IMG/VR virus record: IMGVR_UViG_3300042197_003621
Location: 1 to 39,416 of that record
Direction: 5' to 3' (one strand)
DNA from: a virus
Lineage: Duplodnaviria > Caudoviricetes
Length of the DNA stretch: 39,416 nucleotides
Both the position numbers and the translations under genes were made by a program. The notes below the pieces were generated by a model that saw only the letters and a program-made list of their open reading frames with translations, ran no database searches and had not been told where the DNA came from. This document shows, piece by piece, positions 6,184 to 15,229 of this stretch (position 1 is its first letter; every line of letters starts with the position of its first letter).

Positions 6184-8499
6184 ATGCCAGACGACTTACA
6201 ACCCAACGATCAGGATATTGTCGGTACGGGCAGCTCGCTGCCGGCAAACGGCATCGCGACGATCGACGCCCCGGAGCGCACGGACAACGGCTACGGCGAC
6301 CACCTCAAGCTGGAGGCCCGGTCGGTCAAGACGGTCGATCACGCTTGGAACATCTGCAAGGCCACCGAGCAGAACAACCGCACCCGGGCCGCCCGTACCG
6401 CCGACATCCAAGGTCTGCACGATGGCGAGCCGCCCCGGTCCTCGGCCGCCCAGACCGAACGGGGCAAGTCTTGGCAGTCCAACGCCTCCACCAACTGGCT
6501 CTCCGGTATCGTGGGCCGGGTCAGCCAGCGGTTCGTCAACGCGGTCATCTCCCAGATCTACGTCACGTCCAGCGCGCTGCCCAAGACGACCAATCTCTAC
6601 AAGGCCAAGACAGACTTCCTGCGCGCCAAGTTCACCCGGCTGATCCGTTCGTGGGACGGCAACACTGGCCTGATCAACAGTCTGGCGGTCGAGACCGCGC
6701 TTCAGGGCTACGCCTACGCGGTCTTCCTCGACCCGTACACGTACAAGCCGACGATGTTCAAGCAGGACCGCGCCTTCTGCCCGGAGCAGTCCGGCCAGCA
6801 CGCCCGCGACCTTCAGTTCTTCGTCGCCAAGATGGACTACCGTCTCGACGAGTTCCTTGACCTGTTCAAGGACGAGGAGGCGGCCAAGGAGGTCGGCTAC
6901 GACCTCGACAACTGCGTCTACGCGGCGAACAACGCGAAGATGATGGACCCGCGTGAGGACGCGACCACGACCCAGTTCCGCAAGTTCGTTGAGATGATCA
7001 ACGAAGGCGTCCTCGGCCTGACCTTCACCTCGACCGGCGCCCGCGTGGTGTCGTGCTGGCTGCTCTTCAACCGCGAGTACGACGGTCAGGTCAGCTTCTG
7101 GCTGATTCACCGCGACTCGGGCAAGATGCTCCGGTTCAGTTTTAAGTTGTTCCCCAAGATGCAGGACGTCCTCGCGATGTTCTCGTTCGAGCCGGGCAAC
7201 GGCTGCATCCACTCGTCCAAGGGTCTGGGCCGCAAGCTGGCGTCCCTGACCATTATGAAGGAGCTGTTCCGCAACGGCATCATCGACAACAGCCGGATGA
7301 GCGGGCTGATGATCCTGCGCGCCGACTCCAAGGATAAGAGTAAGTTCGCGCCGGCGGTGATGTCGCCCTTCGTCATCATCGACAAGTCGGTCGAGATCCC
7401 GCAGCAGCAGTTCATCGCCAACTCCGAGGCGTACCGGGTCACCGACACGCAGATCGACGGTTGGGCCGAACAGTCGGTCGGCGCCTACCTCGCCGCCCAG
7501 ATCTCGCCCACAGGCCGCAGCGACAAGACGGCGACCGAGGCGCAGATCGACGCCCGGCGCGAGAGCGAGGCCGCGGACATTATGATCCGCCGCTGGATCG
7601 ACCAGTTCTCGAACCTGATCCAGATCCAGCAGAAGCGGGCCTTCTCGGACGACTACATCGCCGAGGCGCGCCGCCTGACCGACAAGCTGATCAAGGACCC
7701 GGCGCTGGAGACTCCCGATTTCTACGAGGGGCACGGCAACAGCGATCCCGAGGTCCTCCGCACGCTGGTCGAGATTATGCTCGATCCGCTGATGATCTCC
7801 GACGACGAGATCAAGATCTGGCGCGAAACGCCCGCCTCCCCGCTGGCCCACACCGCCGACGCGGTCACCGCGCAGGGCGTGTCGGTCGTGCTCCAGAAGT
7901 ACGCCGGCAACCCCAACGTGGATCAGGGCAAGGTGATCCAGCGCGACATCGAGAACACGGTCGGCGCCGAGCTGGCGCAGGAGTTCTTCATCCCCACGGC
8001 CGACCAGACGATCGTCGCCGAGGCCCGCCGGATGCAGCTCATCGAGTCCAACACGATGCTCACCGCGGGCATCGAGGTGCCGGTGAGCCCGCGAGACAAC
8101 CATCTGATCCACGGCGCGACCTTGCAGGAGCTCCTGACCTCGGTCGCCGCACCGGTCCTGAGCCAGCCCAACCCGCCGCAGCAGATCCTGAAGGCCACGG
8201 AGCTGAACCTCAACCACCTGCTGGCCCATCTGCAAATGGGGATGGCCGTCGGGCTGGGCAAGGACCCGAACTTCCAAGAGATCGAGAAGTTCGCCCTCGG
8301 CTTCAAGAAACAGCTCACGCAGGTCATCGAGATCAACGAGCAGATGCAGGCTGCCCAGCAGGTCGTGATGGACGCGATCCGCCGCGAGGGCCTGCCGCCC
8401 GAGAGCGCCTCGCCGACCCCGGAGATGCCGCCAATGGCCGCGCCCGCGCCGGCCGCCCCGCCTGTCGAAGAGCCCGCCTTCGTCAATGTACCTTCGTAA
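6184..8499 (+). CDS. Portal (head-tail connector) protein
   Basis: 771 aa, helical, first large gene of the head operon ahead of scaffold and capsid; KTATEAQI resembles the TATE motif of podoviral portals; Q/P-rich C-terminus. Confidence 0.75.
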   Translation: MPDDLQPNDQDIVGTGSSLPANGIATIDAPERTDNGYGDHLKLEARSVKTVDHAWNICKATEQNNRTRAARTADIQGLHDGEPPRSSAAQTERGKSWQSNASTNWLSGIVGRVSQRFVNAVISQIYVTSSALPKTTNLYKAKTDFLRAKFTRLIRSWDGNTGLINSLAVETALQGYAYAVFLDPYTYKPTMFKQDRAFCPEQSGQHARDLQFFVAKMDYRLDEFLDLFKDEEAAKEVGYDLDNCVYAANNAKMMDPREDATTTQFRKFVEMINEGVLGLTFTSTGARVVSCWLLFNREYDGQVSFWLIHRDSGKMLRFSFKLFPKMQDVLAMFSFEPGNGCIHSSKGLGRKLASLTIMKELFRNGIIDNSRMSGLMILRADSKDKSKFAPAVMSPFVIIDKSVEIPQQQFIANSEAYRVTDTQIDGWAEQSVGAYLAAQISPTGRSDKTATEAQIDARRESEAADIMIRRWIDQFSNLIQIQQKRAFSDDYIAEARRLTDKLIKDPALETPDFYEGHGNSDPEVLRTLVEIMLDPLMISDDEIKIWRETPASPLAHTADAVTAQGVSVVLQKYAGNPNVDQGKVIQRDIENTVGAELAQEFFIPTADQTIVAEARRMQLIESNTMLTAGIEVPVSPRDNHLIHGATLQELLTSVAAPVLSQPNPPQQILKATELNLNHLLAHLQMGMAVGLGKDPNFQEIEKFALGFKKQLTQVIEINEQMQAAQQVVMDAIRREGLPPESASPTPEMPPMAAPAPAAPPVEEPAFVNVPS

Positions 8500-8746
8500 A
8501 GAAAACCTAGAAGCCGCCGCCTCCCTCCTCAACTCCCCGCTCTGGACAGACATCAAACGATGTCTGCTGGAGCGTCGCCCGGACGCGCCACTCGCCGTGG
8601 ACGCGATTCACACCGCGGCGGCCAAGGGTTTCGAGCGGAAGGGCTACGAGGCCGCCATCACTGAGATCGAGAAGCTGCCTTTCGACGTCCTGACCGAGCG
8701 TCAGGACCCGTTCAACCGTCCCGCCATAACCGCAACTGAAGACTGA
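8486..8746 (+). CDS. Small helical protein between portal and scaffold
   Basis: 86 aa, overlaps the portal end; a typical position in podoviral head modules. Confidence 0.65.
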   Translation: MYLRKENLEAAASLLNSPLWTDIKRCLLERRPDAPLAVDAIHTAAAKGFERKGYEAAITEIEKLPFDVLTERQDPFNRPAITATED

Positions 8747-8747
8747 T

Positions 8748-10211
8748 ATGCCCGACCCCGTCACCGCTCCCGCTGAAGCAAGCTCGTTCAACCTAGACGG
8801 CCTCGCCGATCTCGTCCGCACGTCCAGCCCTGAGCTGGCCAAACTGGTGGAGGCCGACGGTGTGGCCACCGCGGAGCTGCCGCCAGCCGAGGAGACTCCC
8901 GCTCCGCCGCCCGCACCCGAGCCGGAGCCAGAGGTGAACGAGCAGCCCTTGGCTGCCGAGACGACGGACGAGGCTCCGCCGCAGGAGGCACCGGCGGATC
9001 GCACGATCGCCGACGAGCTGGAGGAACTCAACCGCCAGTCCGCCGAGGCCAAGTCCAAGCCGGCGCCGAAACCCGCCGCTGAAACGCCTCCGGTCGAGCA
9101 ATCCCCGCAGCGTGACGACGACCTGAAGCTGGATGTCCGCCAGTCGGCGGCGATGCACCCGAGGACCAAGAAGATCATCGAGGAGCGCAACCAGAAGATC
9201 GTCGCCGAACGCAACAAGGCCGACGCGCTGGCCAAGGAACGGGAGGAGATGGCCGCGGAACTCAACCGGGTTCGCGAGCAATTGAAGAAGGGATCGATGC
9301 CCAAGGAGGCCGAGGAGGAGCTCAAGTCGCTCCGCGAGCGCATCCGGGAGCTGGACATCACTCGCGACCCCAGTCTGGAGATCAAGTACGACCGTCCGAT
9401 CGCCGAGAATCAGGACCGCATCCTCAAAATTCTTCAAGAATTCGGCGTCGGCAAGACTCAGGACGGCGAGGAAGACCCCGAGGCGGTCGAGAACCTGAAA
9501 AAGTCCGGTCTGAACTTCAAAACTGTCGCTCCGTTTATCAAAAAGTTGTCCGACGAAGGTTTTGAGGAGGAGGCGGAGCAGCTCCGGGAGCATCTCCGCG
9601 AGAATATCCGCATCCGGAACGCCAAGGACCGGGAGATCAACGAGTGGAAGGCGGACTTTGACTCGAAAAAACAGCAGGCGGTTCAGTTTTCCCAGCAACA
9701 GGCCGAAAAAAGCAACGTCGAGGTGCGTGAACACGCCACCCGCATCCTCAATTCCGACATCGTGGAGCTCACCAAGGACTTCCCGTTCCTGAACCGGCCC
9801 GCCGACCCGCTTCCGAACGACACTCCGGCCGTCGTGAAGGCGAAAAACGACGCCATTCAGGCGTACGACGCCGCGGCCAAGTCGATTTCGGAGGCGGTGG
9901 CGCAGTTGGATCCCTCCAAGGTCAGTCCGAACAAGGTTGCCGAGGTCAGCGGGCGCCTGACGGCCAACGCGGTGCAAAACATCATCGTCCGGCAACACGT
10001 TTTGCCGCGGTTATTGAAGGATCTGGCCGATCTGAGGGCCCGGAACAGCGAACTGGAGACCAAGGTGGGCAAGATCAAGACCGCGGGGACCCTTTCCCGC
10101 GCCCACGCCGCCGCCGCGACCGCTCCCGCGGGCGCCAAGGCCGTGTTGCCTGAGAATACCGAGGATGCGGTGCGCCAGATCGCCAAGGAGATGGGCGTTT
10201 CGCTCGGGTAA
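8748..10211 (+). CDS. Capsid scaffolding protein (putative)
   Basis: Acidic Pro/Glu-rich disordered N-terminus followed by long coiled coils; lies between portal and capsid genes. Confidence 0.65.
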   Translation: MPDPVTAPAEASSFNLDGLADLVRTSSPELAKLVEADGVATAELPPAEETPAPPPAPEPEPEVNEQPLAAETTDEAPPQEAPADRTIADELEELNRQSAEAKSKPAPKPAAETPPVEQSPQRDDDLKLDVRQSAAMHPRTKKIIEERNQKIVAERNKADALAKEREEMAAELNRVREQLKKGSMPKEAEEELKSLRERIRELDITRDPSLEIKYDRPIAENQDRILKILQEFGVGKTQDGEEDPEAVENLKKSGLNFKTVAPFIKKLSDEGFEEEAEQLREHLRENIRIRNAKDREINEWKADFDSKKQQAVQFSQQQAEKSNVEVREHATRILNSDIVELTKDFPFLNRPADPLPNDTPAVVKAKNDAIQAYDAAAKSISEAVAQLDPSKVSPNKVAEVSGRLTANAVQNIIVRQHVLPRLLKDLADLRARNSELETKVGKIKTAGTLSRAHAAAATAPAGAKAVLPENTEDAVRQIAKEMGVSLG

Positions 10212-10214
10212 CCG

Positions 10215-11126
10215 GTGATCAACCTCGTCGAACTCCCCCAGAGCTACATCGACAAATACGGCCGGGAAAAAGTGACCGAGATCATCGGTCACGGGCCGGC
10301 GATGGTGTCGATGTGGCTCTCCCGAAAGCGGTTTCCGTTGGACGCCGTGCAGAAGCTGATCGAGTTCGATCCGTCGCCGCTGCACGCGGTCAAACCGTTG
10401 TACGCGAACCCGGAATCCGGGAAGAAGATGGTGATCTTGATGCCAATGAACGGGCCACCGGAGCCCGAGGTGATGGACGCCTTCGCCCGGTTGTACGATC
10501 CGCGGGAAATGGACTTTCACCGCGTCGCGTTCAACAACCTGTCGGTCGCCCGCAACGCCTTGGCCGGGAGATTCCTCCGCGGGCCGTGGGACTGGGCGCT
10601 CTGGTGGGACAGCGACACGATCCCGCCCTACGGCAACGCCGAGGCGTTCAAGAAACTGTGCCAGAACCCGAATATGCCGGACGTCTTCGCCGGCGTCCAC
10701 GCGATCTACCGGATGCTGGTCCACAAGAAGCCGTTCGTCAGCGCCTGCTACGTCGGGCGGAAGAAAGGCGCGCCACCGCAGTTCTTTACCGGCGACGCGG
10801 AGACCGCCCGGGCGATGGTCAAGCGAGGCCCGCGGGACGAGCTGCTGCAATGCGAGTGGACCGGGTTTGGTTTTGTCCTGACGCACCGCCGCGTCTTCGA
10901 GGACATCATCCGCACGCAGGGCGAGGAGATTCGCGTCAAGAATGACGGGCTCCGCGCCAAGTTCGGCTACGATCACGCGTTCTTCACCCCGACCGGGGTC
11001 GACATCCCCGGCGACGACATCCCGTTCTGCATCCGTGCCATCAAGGCGGGCCACAAGCCCGTGATGGATCTCTCCGTGTTCGCCGCCCACATCGGCAATC
11101 ACGCCTACACCTACGCCGACCTTTAA
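10215..11126 (+). CDS. GT2-like glycosyltransferase with N-terminal HTH-like segment
   Basis: ARNALA, WWDSD (DxD), TGFGFVLTHRRVFE and GDDIPFC...G...D......HIG are typical of phage GT-A proteins; residues about 5-50 resemble a Cro-like HTH. Confidence 0.7.
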   Translation: MINLVELPQSYIDKYGREKVTEIIGHGPAMVSMWLSRKRFPLDAVQKLIEFDPSPLHAVKPLYANPESGKKMVILMPMNGPPEPEVMDAFARLYDPREMDFHRVAFNNLSVARNALAGRFLRGPWDWALWWDSDTIPPYGNAEAFKKLCQNPNMPDVFAGVHAIYRMLVHKKPFVSACYVGRKKGAPPQFFTGDAETARAMVKRGPRDELLQCEWTGFGFVLTHRRVFEDIIRTQGEEIRVKNDGLRAKFGYDHAFFTPTGVDIPGDDIPFCIRAIKAGHKPVMDLSVFAAHIGNHAYTYADL

Positions 11127-11130
11127 TAAT

Positions 11131-12606
11131 ATGCCCGCCCCCAGTACATTCCAACCACTCACCTCCGGACCCGCGATGGCCCGGATGGCCGACGGGACTT
11201 ACGTCCCCGCGTCGATGCCGAGCCGTGCCCTGCATCCCAACCACCAGAAGCTCCTGATCGTCATCCAGTATTACGAGGCCGACAAGATCGCGGCCGAGGA
11301 ACTGGCGCTGCTGATCGCGGATCTGGAACGCGTCCGCAACAATCAGGCCGACATCCTTGTCTTCCGCCGGCACGACGCGGGCGAGTTCAGCGTAGGCGCG
11401 CTGGAGAGGCTGCGCGACAAGTTCAACAAGGTGCATTACGAGACGTGCCGCCGCCGTGATGCCAAGGGGTATCCGTTCGGGCCAAACCAGATGTGGGGGG
11501 ATCTGGTCTCGATGATGGCCCAGATGCCGCGATGGCACGAAAATTACTACGCGTTCCTGCCGTTGGAGTCGGACTGCGTCCCAATGCGTCCGGGTTGGAT
11601 CGGCGAACTGGCCGAGGAGTTCCGGATCGCCAAGTCCAAGTCCTACGCCGCCGTTGGCCACATCCACGACAATCCGATCCGCCACTTAAACGGGGTCGCG
11701 ATCTACGACACCCAGTTGTGGCGGATTGTTCCCGGCAACAAGTTGAACGGCGCCAATCCGCAGGTCGCCTATGACATCTACCATCGGGCGGAGATCCTGC
11801 CGGTCGCGTGCGACACTCCGCTGATTATGATGGAGTACCAGCGCCCCACCATCACGGCGTCGGATTTGTTCCGGCCGTGGAAGAGCGGGTTTGAGCCGGC
11901 GATGTTCCACGGGGTGAAGGACGGGTCCGCCCGGACTGCCGTGCGCGCCAAGCACATCACGTTCGCGCAGGAGAAGGACACGTCGAGCCAGACCGTGTTC
12001 ACCTACCAGCATCAGCCGGCCAACAACCCGTCGATTACCGCCAAGTACGACCTTTGGTTCGAGAGCTGGCGGAGCCGCGGGTGGAACCCGATCAAGCTGA
12101 CGCAACGTGACGCGATCCGGCATCCCAAGTACACGGAGATGCTGGCCAACATCAAAACGATGAAGTTCTTGGCCGACCCGGCTGAGATGACCGCGAGGCT
12201 CGTCCGGTGGGCGGCGCTCGACGCGATGGGCGGCGGACTGATGGTCGACCCGGAGGTATTGCCGGCCAACTTCAACCCGACTCACTTCGATTGGAAGCCG
12301 GCCCTGCTCAACTCTGACAACGCGTCCGGAGTCTTGGCGGCTTGTATGAACAAGCAATCCTTGGACTTGTTGATCGAGGCCATCCGCACGTATCCGGTAG
12401 ATCCGGAGATCCGGTTATTGGCTCCCGAACTGACCATCCTGAAAGCCTGCGGGCTGTTCAAGAAGCCCAAGTCCTTCGTGTCGGTCTGCGGGGACAAGGA
12501 CTGGCGTTCGGCCCGGATGGTTTGTTTCAGCCAACCCGAGATGCAACGGATTGGTATCCCCGGTTCGACCCTCCAGTTGATGGAGAAGTTCCTGCGGGAG
12601 ACCTAA
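11131..12606 (+). CDS. Two-domain glycosyltransferase-like protein
   Basis: N-domain with FLPLESDCVPMRPGW and HLNGVAIY; C-domain GT32/OCH1-like (W..W...GW.P, RLVRWAALDAMGGGLMVDPEVLP). Confidence 0.55.
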   Translation: MPAPSTFQPLTSGPAMARMADGTYVPASMPSRALHPNHQKLLIVIQYYEADKIAAEELALLIADLERVRNNQADILVFRRHDAGEFSVGALERLRDKFNKVHYETCRRRDAKGYPFGPNQMWGDLVSMMAQMPRWHENYYAFLPLESDCVPMRPGWIGELAEEFRIAKSKSYAAVGHIHDNPIRHLNGVAIYDTQLWRIVPGNKLNGANPQVAYDIYHRAEILPVACDTPLIMMEYQRPTITASDLFRPWKSGFEPAMFHGVKDGSARTAVRAKHITFAQEKDTSSQTVFTYQHQPANNPSITAKYDLWFESWRSRGWNPIKLTQRDAIRHPKYTEMLANIKTMKFLADPAEMTARLVRWAALDAMGGGLMVDPEVLPANFNPTHFDWKPALLNSDNASGVLAACMNKQSLDLLIEAIRTYPVDPEIRLLAPELTILKACGLFKKPKSFVSVCGDKDWRSARMVCFSQPEMQRIGIPGSTLQLMEKFLRET

Positions 12607-12618
12607 GACAAAAAGGCA

Positions 12619-12648
12619 TTGACCGGAGGGGATAACGGAGTATCCCGT
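12619..12648 (+). promoter_or_regulatory. Putative promoter for the capsid gene
   Basis: TTGACC-N16-TATCCCGT, preceded by an A-tract. Confidence 0.45.
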
Positions 12649-12658
12649 GATCCCATCC

Positions 12659-12810
12659 GGGGGTTATTAGCGCGCAAGCGCCGGTCCGCTGCGAGAGCAG
12701 CACATCCGCCGGGGACGAACGGGTGTGTCGCAAGACCGAACAGGAGAGGGAACTACCCACCTTCGACCGGGTAAACCCGCCATTCGGCGGACAGTTCAAC
12801 CATAACCTCT
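12659..12810 (+). ncRNA. Candidate structured RNA / 5' leader of the major capsid gene
   Basis: 9-bp closing helix (12659-12667 with 12802-12810) enclosing GCGC-GCAA-GCGC, GCUGC-GAGA-GCAGC, GUC-GCAA-GAC and other stems. Confidence 0.55.
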
Positions 12811-12817
12811 TTTCACA

Positions 12818-14056
12818 ATGTCTTGCACTCCGATTCCGATCGATCTCGCGACCCAGCTTTTCTCGCGTGATCCCCAGCGTCTCTACGGCCCCATCGCCAA
12901 GTCGCTGATCACCCAAGTCCCCTACATCTCCGCCCTCCGCTCGGGCACCTTCCCCGCCGCGGTCTCCGCCACGCTCCTGAGCGTCGCGCAGGGTCGTGCG
13001 CTCCTCCAGACCTCTCTGGCCAATCCGTCGTTCACCTCGATGCTGAACCTTTGCGGTTCCTGCTCGCTGAACGTCGACCAGAACGGCACCAACCAGTACT
13101 CGTACATCGCTGAGATCAATCAGGGGATGTCCGACAAGATCTGCTTGAATCAGGGTTTCTCGGCCTTCCTTGGTTCCCTGACCGCGCAGCTTGAGGCGTA
13201 CCAGAACGGGGTGACCGAGCTGATCAACGCCGACGTGCGTTACCAGCTCTTCCTCCGTTCCGGCGTCAAGATGGTCGTGCAGGCCGGCGGCGTTGGCATC
13301 ACCAGCCAGATCTATGGTGGTGAGTACAACATCGACGAGCCGGTTCCGGCCGTCCAGTCGACCGCCCAGCTCACCTTTGGCACGCTCCAGAGCGTCAACC
13401 GCTATATGCGGTCCGCCCTGCGCGCCAAGCCGTTCGGTTCCGGCGCCGCGGCCCACGCCCGGTTCATCGGTTCCCCGGACATCCTCGACGCCCTCCGTAA
13501 TGACCTCGGCGGCGCCGCGGGTCCCGGTGGCGCGAACATCGTGCCCCTCGGCACGCTGGCCGCGGGCGGCGACCGGATGGCCGTCGATGGCCTGAAGAGC
13601 TATATGTTCGAGCCGCTCTACCGCGGCATCCAGATGGGCGAGGACCCGATCCCGCTGCGTCTGAACTGGAACGGCGCGGGTTACGACCCGGTCGACCCGA
13701 ACACCAGCTACAGCTCCACCGTGGGCACCGTCGCCACCGTTTCCAACGCGTGGTTGGAGGCGTCCCACGAGGTTGCGTTCCTGATGTTCGACGGTTCGTT
13801 CGAGCGTCAGGTTCCCGCCCCGTTCACGGGCGAGGGCAAGATCCGCTTCCAGCGCCAGATGTTCGGTGGTGAGATCCAGTTTATGAACCACCCGGATATG
13901 ACCTCGAACTTGTTCGGGGACTACGGCGTGATGGCGTACCGTATCGGTCGCGCCTATCGCCCGATCTATCCGTGGTTCGTGCTGCCGATCATCTACAAGC
14001 GGTGCAAGGACACGGATAATCTGACGACCTGCACCGGCGTCAGCGGCGAGTCCTGA
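12818..14056 (+). CDS. Major capsid protein
   Basis: 412 aa; has its own promoter/leader and a downstream hairpin; codon usage looks highly biased (GGT, CGT, TCC); follows portal and scaffold. Confidence 0.75.
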   Translation: MSCTPIPIDLATQLFSRDPQRLYGPIAKSLITQVPYISALRSGTFPAAVSATLLSVAQGRALLQTSLANPSFTSMLNLCGSCSLNVDQNGTNQYSYIAEINQGMSDKICLNQGFSAFLGSLTAQLEAYQNGVTELINADVRYQLFLRSGVKMVVQAGGVGITSQIYGGEYNIDEPVPAVQSTAQLTFGTLQSVNRYMRSALRAKPFGSGAAAHARFIGSPDILDALRNDLGGAAGPGGANIVPLGTLAAGGDRMAVDGLKSYMFEPLYRGIQMGEDPIPLRLNWNGAGYDPVDPNTSYSSTVGTVATVSNAWLEASHEVAFLMFDGSFERQVPAPFTGEGKIRFQRQMFGGEIQFMNHPDMTSNLFGDYGVMAYRIGRAYRPIYPWFVLPIIYKRCKDTDNLTTCTGVSGES

Positions 14057-14075
14057 TTCTGAATCAGGTTGATTC

Positions 14076-14113
14076 AGCCACCCCAAGGACATCCCTTGGG
14101 GTGGCTCCCCTTT
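14076..14113 (+). terminator. Strong hairpin after the capsid gene (leaky terminator or stabiliser)
   Basis: Perfect 13-bp inverted repeat AGCCACCCCAAGG / CCTTGGGGTGGCT with a 5-nt loop, followed only by CCCCTTT. Confidence 0.55.
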
Positions 14114-14133
14114 AACCCTGAGAAGCCAGAATT

Positions 14134-15228
14134 ATGTCCTGCGCGGGTGCCACTCAATGTCTGCCTCCGAAGGCCACGCTTCTGTTTTTTCAAGGGATCA
14201 CGGGACCGGTTGGCCCCGTAGGCCCCGCGGGCGCCACTGGCCCGCAAGGACCGGCGGGAGGTCCCGTTGGTGGGACCGGCCCCATTGGGCCGACCGGCGC
14301 AACCGGTCCTAGTATCGTCGGCGCTTCCGGGCCCCAAGGCCCGTCGGGCCAGCTCTGCGTTTTCCGCGGGGCGTACGCGGTCACCACCCGGTACTACTTC
14401 AACGCGACGCGTCGCGACGTGGTGATCCACAACAACACTTACTGGGTCGCGACCAACCCAGCCAAGGACGCGCAAGTCAACTGGGGTACTCCCGGATCGA
14501 GTTCCGACTGGGCCAATTTTGGCGCGGTGTTCTCGATGATCGCGACCGGGCTCCTGTTGACGCAGAACGCGGTCATCACGGTCAGCCTGACCCTTGGCCA
14601 GACCGGGTCGAACATCGGGTTCATCCAGTCGGCCAACTACATTGCCGGCGTCAGCGGGTTCCTGATCCGCGCCGACGGGTTTGCGGAGTTCAACGACGTG
14701 CTGGTGCGGGGCAACATCTCGACCACGTCGGAGAAATTTAACCCGGACGACGTCGTTAACACGATGCCGCCGATCGGGTATGCGGCTTACGTCATCCCGC
14801 AGATCGACAACGCGACGATCCCGGAGAATCCGACAATTCTTTACGAGACCGACAACAGTTTGATCTTCTACGGATGGCAGAGTGGGGCCACCGGATTTGT
14901 GACCAACCGGTTCGGCAATTCGACCCAGCCGTTCATTGTCAACCTGCAAGGCAACGCGAACAACAGTTCTGGAAGTGCCCAACTGTTCTACATCGAACTT
15001 TACTATCGAACCCGGGACAACGGAGGTCCTTGGGGGTCTTGGCAAACAATCGGCCTGCCTGCTTACGTTACTTCGGACATCGTCGGACAGAGTTTTCAGA
15101 AAACCAATTTCGAGCTGTTGTCCCTGACCGGCACTGAGGACGTGCAGTTCGCGGCGGCATTCTCCAAGGGCGTGGGTGGGTCGGTGATTATGGAAGGCGC
15201 GCAACTGTCGGTTCAGGCCCCGAACTAA
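14134..15228 (+). CDS. Virion fibre/decoration protein with short collagen-like repeat
   Basis: N-terminal G-X-Y repeats ([13 protein letters not shown]), a [28 protein letters not shown] tail-protein-type motif and a beta-rich C-terminus. Confidence 0.7.
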   Translation: MSCAGATQCLPPKATLLFFQGITGPVGPVGPAGATGPQGPAGGPVGGTGPIGPTGATGPSIVGASGPQGPSGQLCVFRGAYAVTTRYYFNATRRDVVIHNNTYWVATNPAKDAQVNWGTPGSSSDWANFGAVFSMIATGLLLTQNAVITVSLTLGQTGSNIGFIQSANYIAGVSGFLIRADGFAEFNDVLVRGNISTTSEKFNPDDVVNTMPPIGYAAYVIPQIDNATIPENPTILYETDNSLIFYGWQSGATGFVTNRFGNSTQPFIVNLQGNANNSSGSAQLFYIELYYRTRDNGGPWGSWQTIGLPAYVTSDIVGQSFQKTNFELLSLTGTEDVQFAAAFSKGVGGSVIMEGAQLSVQAPN

Positions 15229-15229
15229 A

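Noticed and set aside
6196-8556. 786-aa minus-strand ORF (likewise 12527..14092, 22950..25547, 31455..33329, 36300..39032)
   Set aside because: Antisense or off-frame mirrors of real genes, expected with strong GC3 bias; low-complexity R/G/V/L-rich translations without motifs.
12659-12810. tRNA or hammerhead ribozyme identity for the structured leader
   Set aside because: No T-loop GTTCRA in a cloverleaf context and no CUGANGA core; left as an unassigned structured RNA.
14054-14134. Capsid stop read-through fusing to the collagen protein
   Set aside because: A second in-frame TGA follows two codons later, the next gene is in another frame, and no slippery site is evident.
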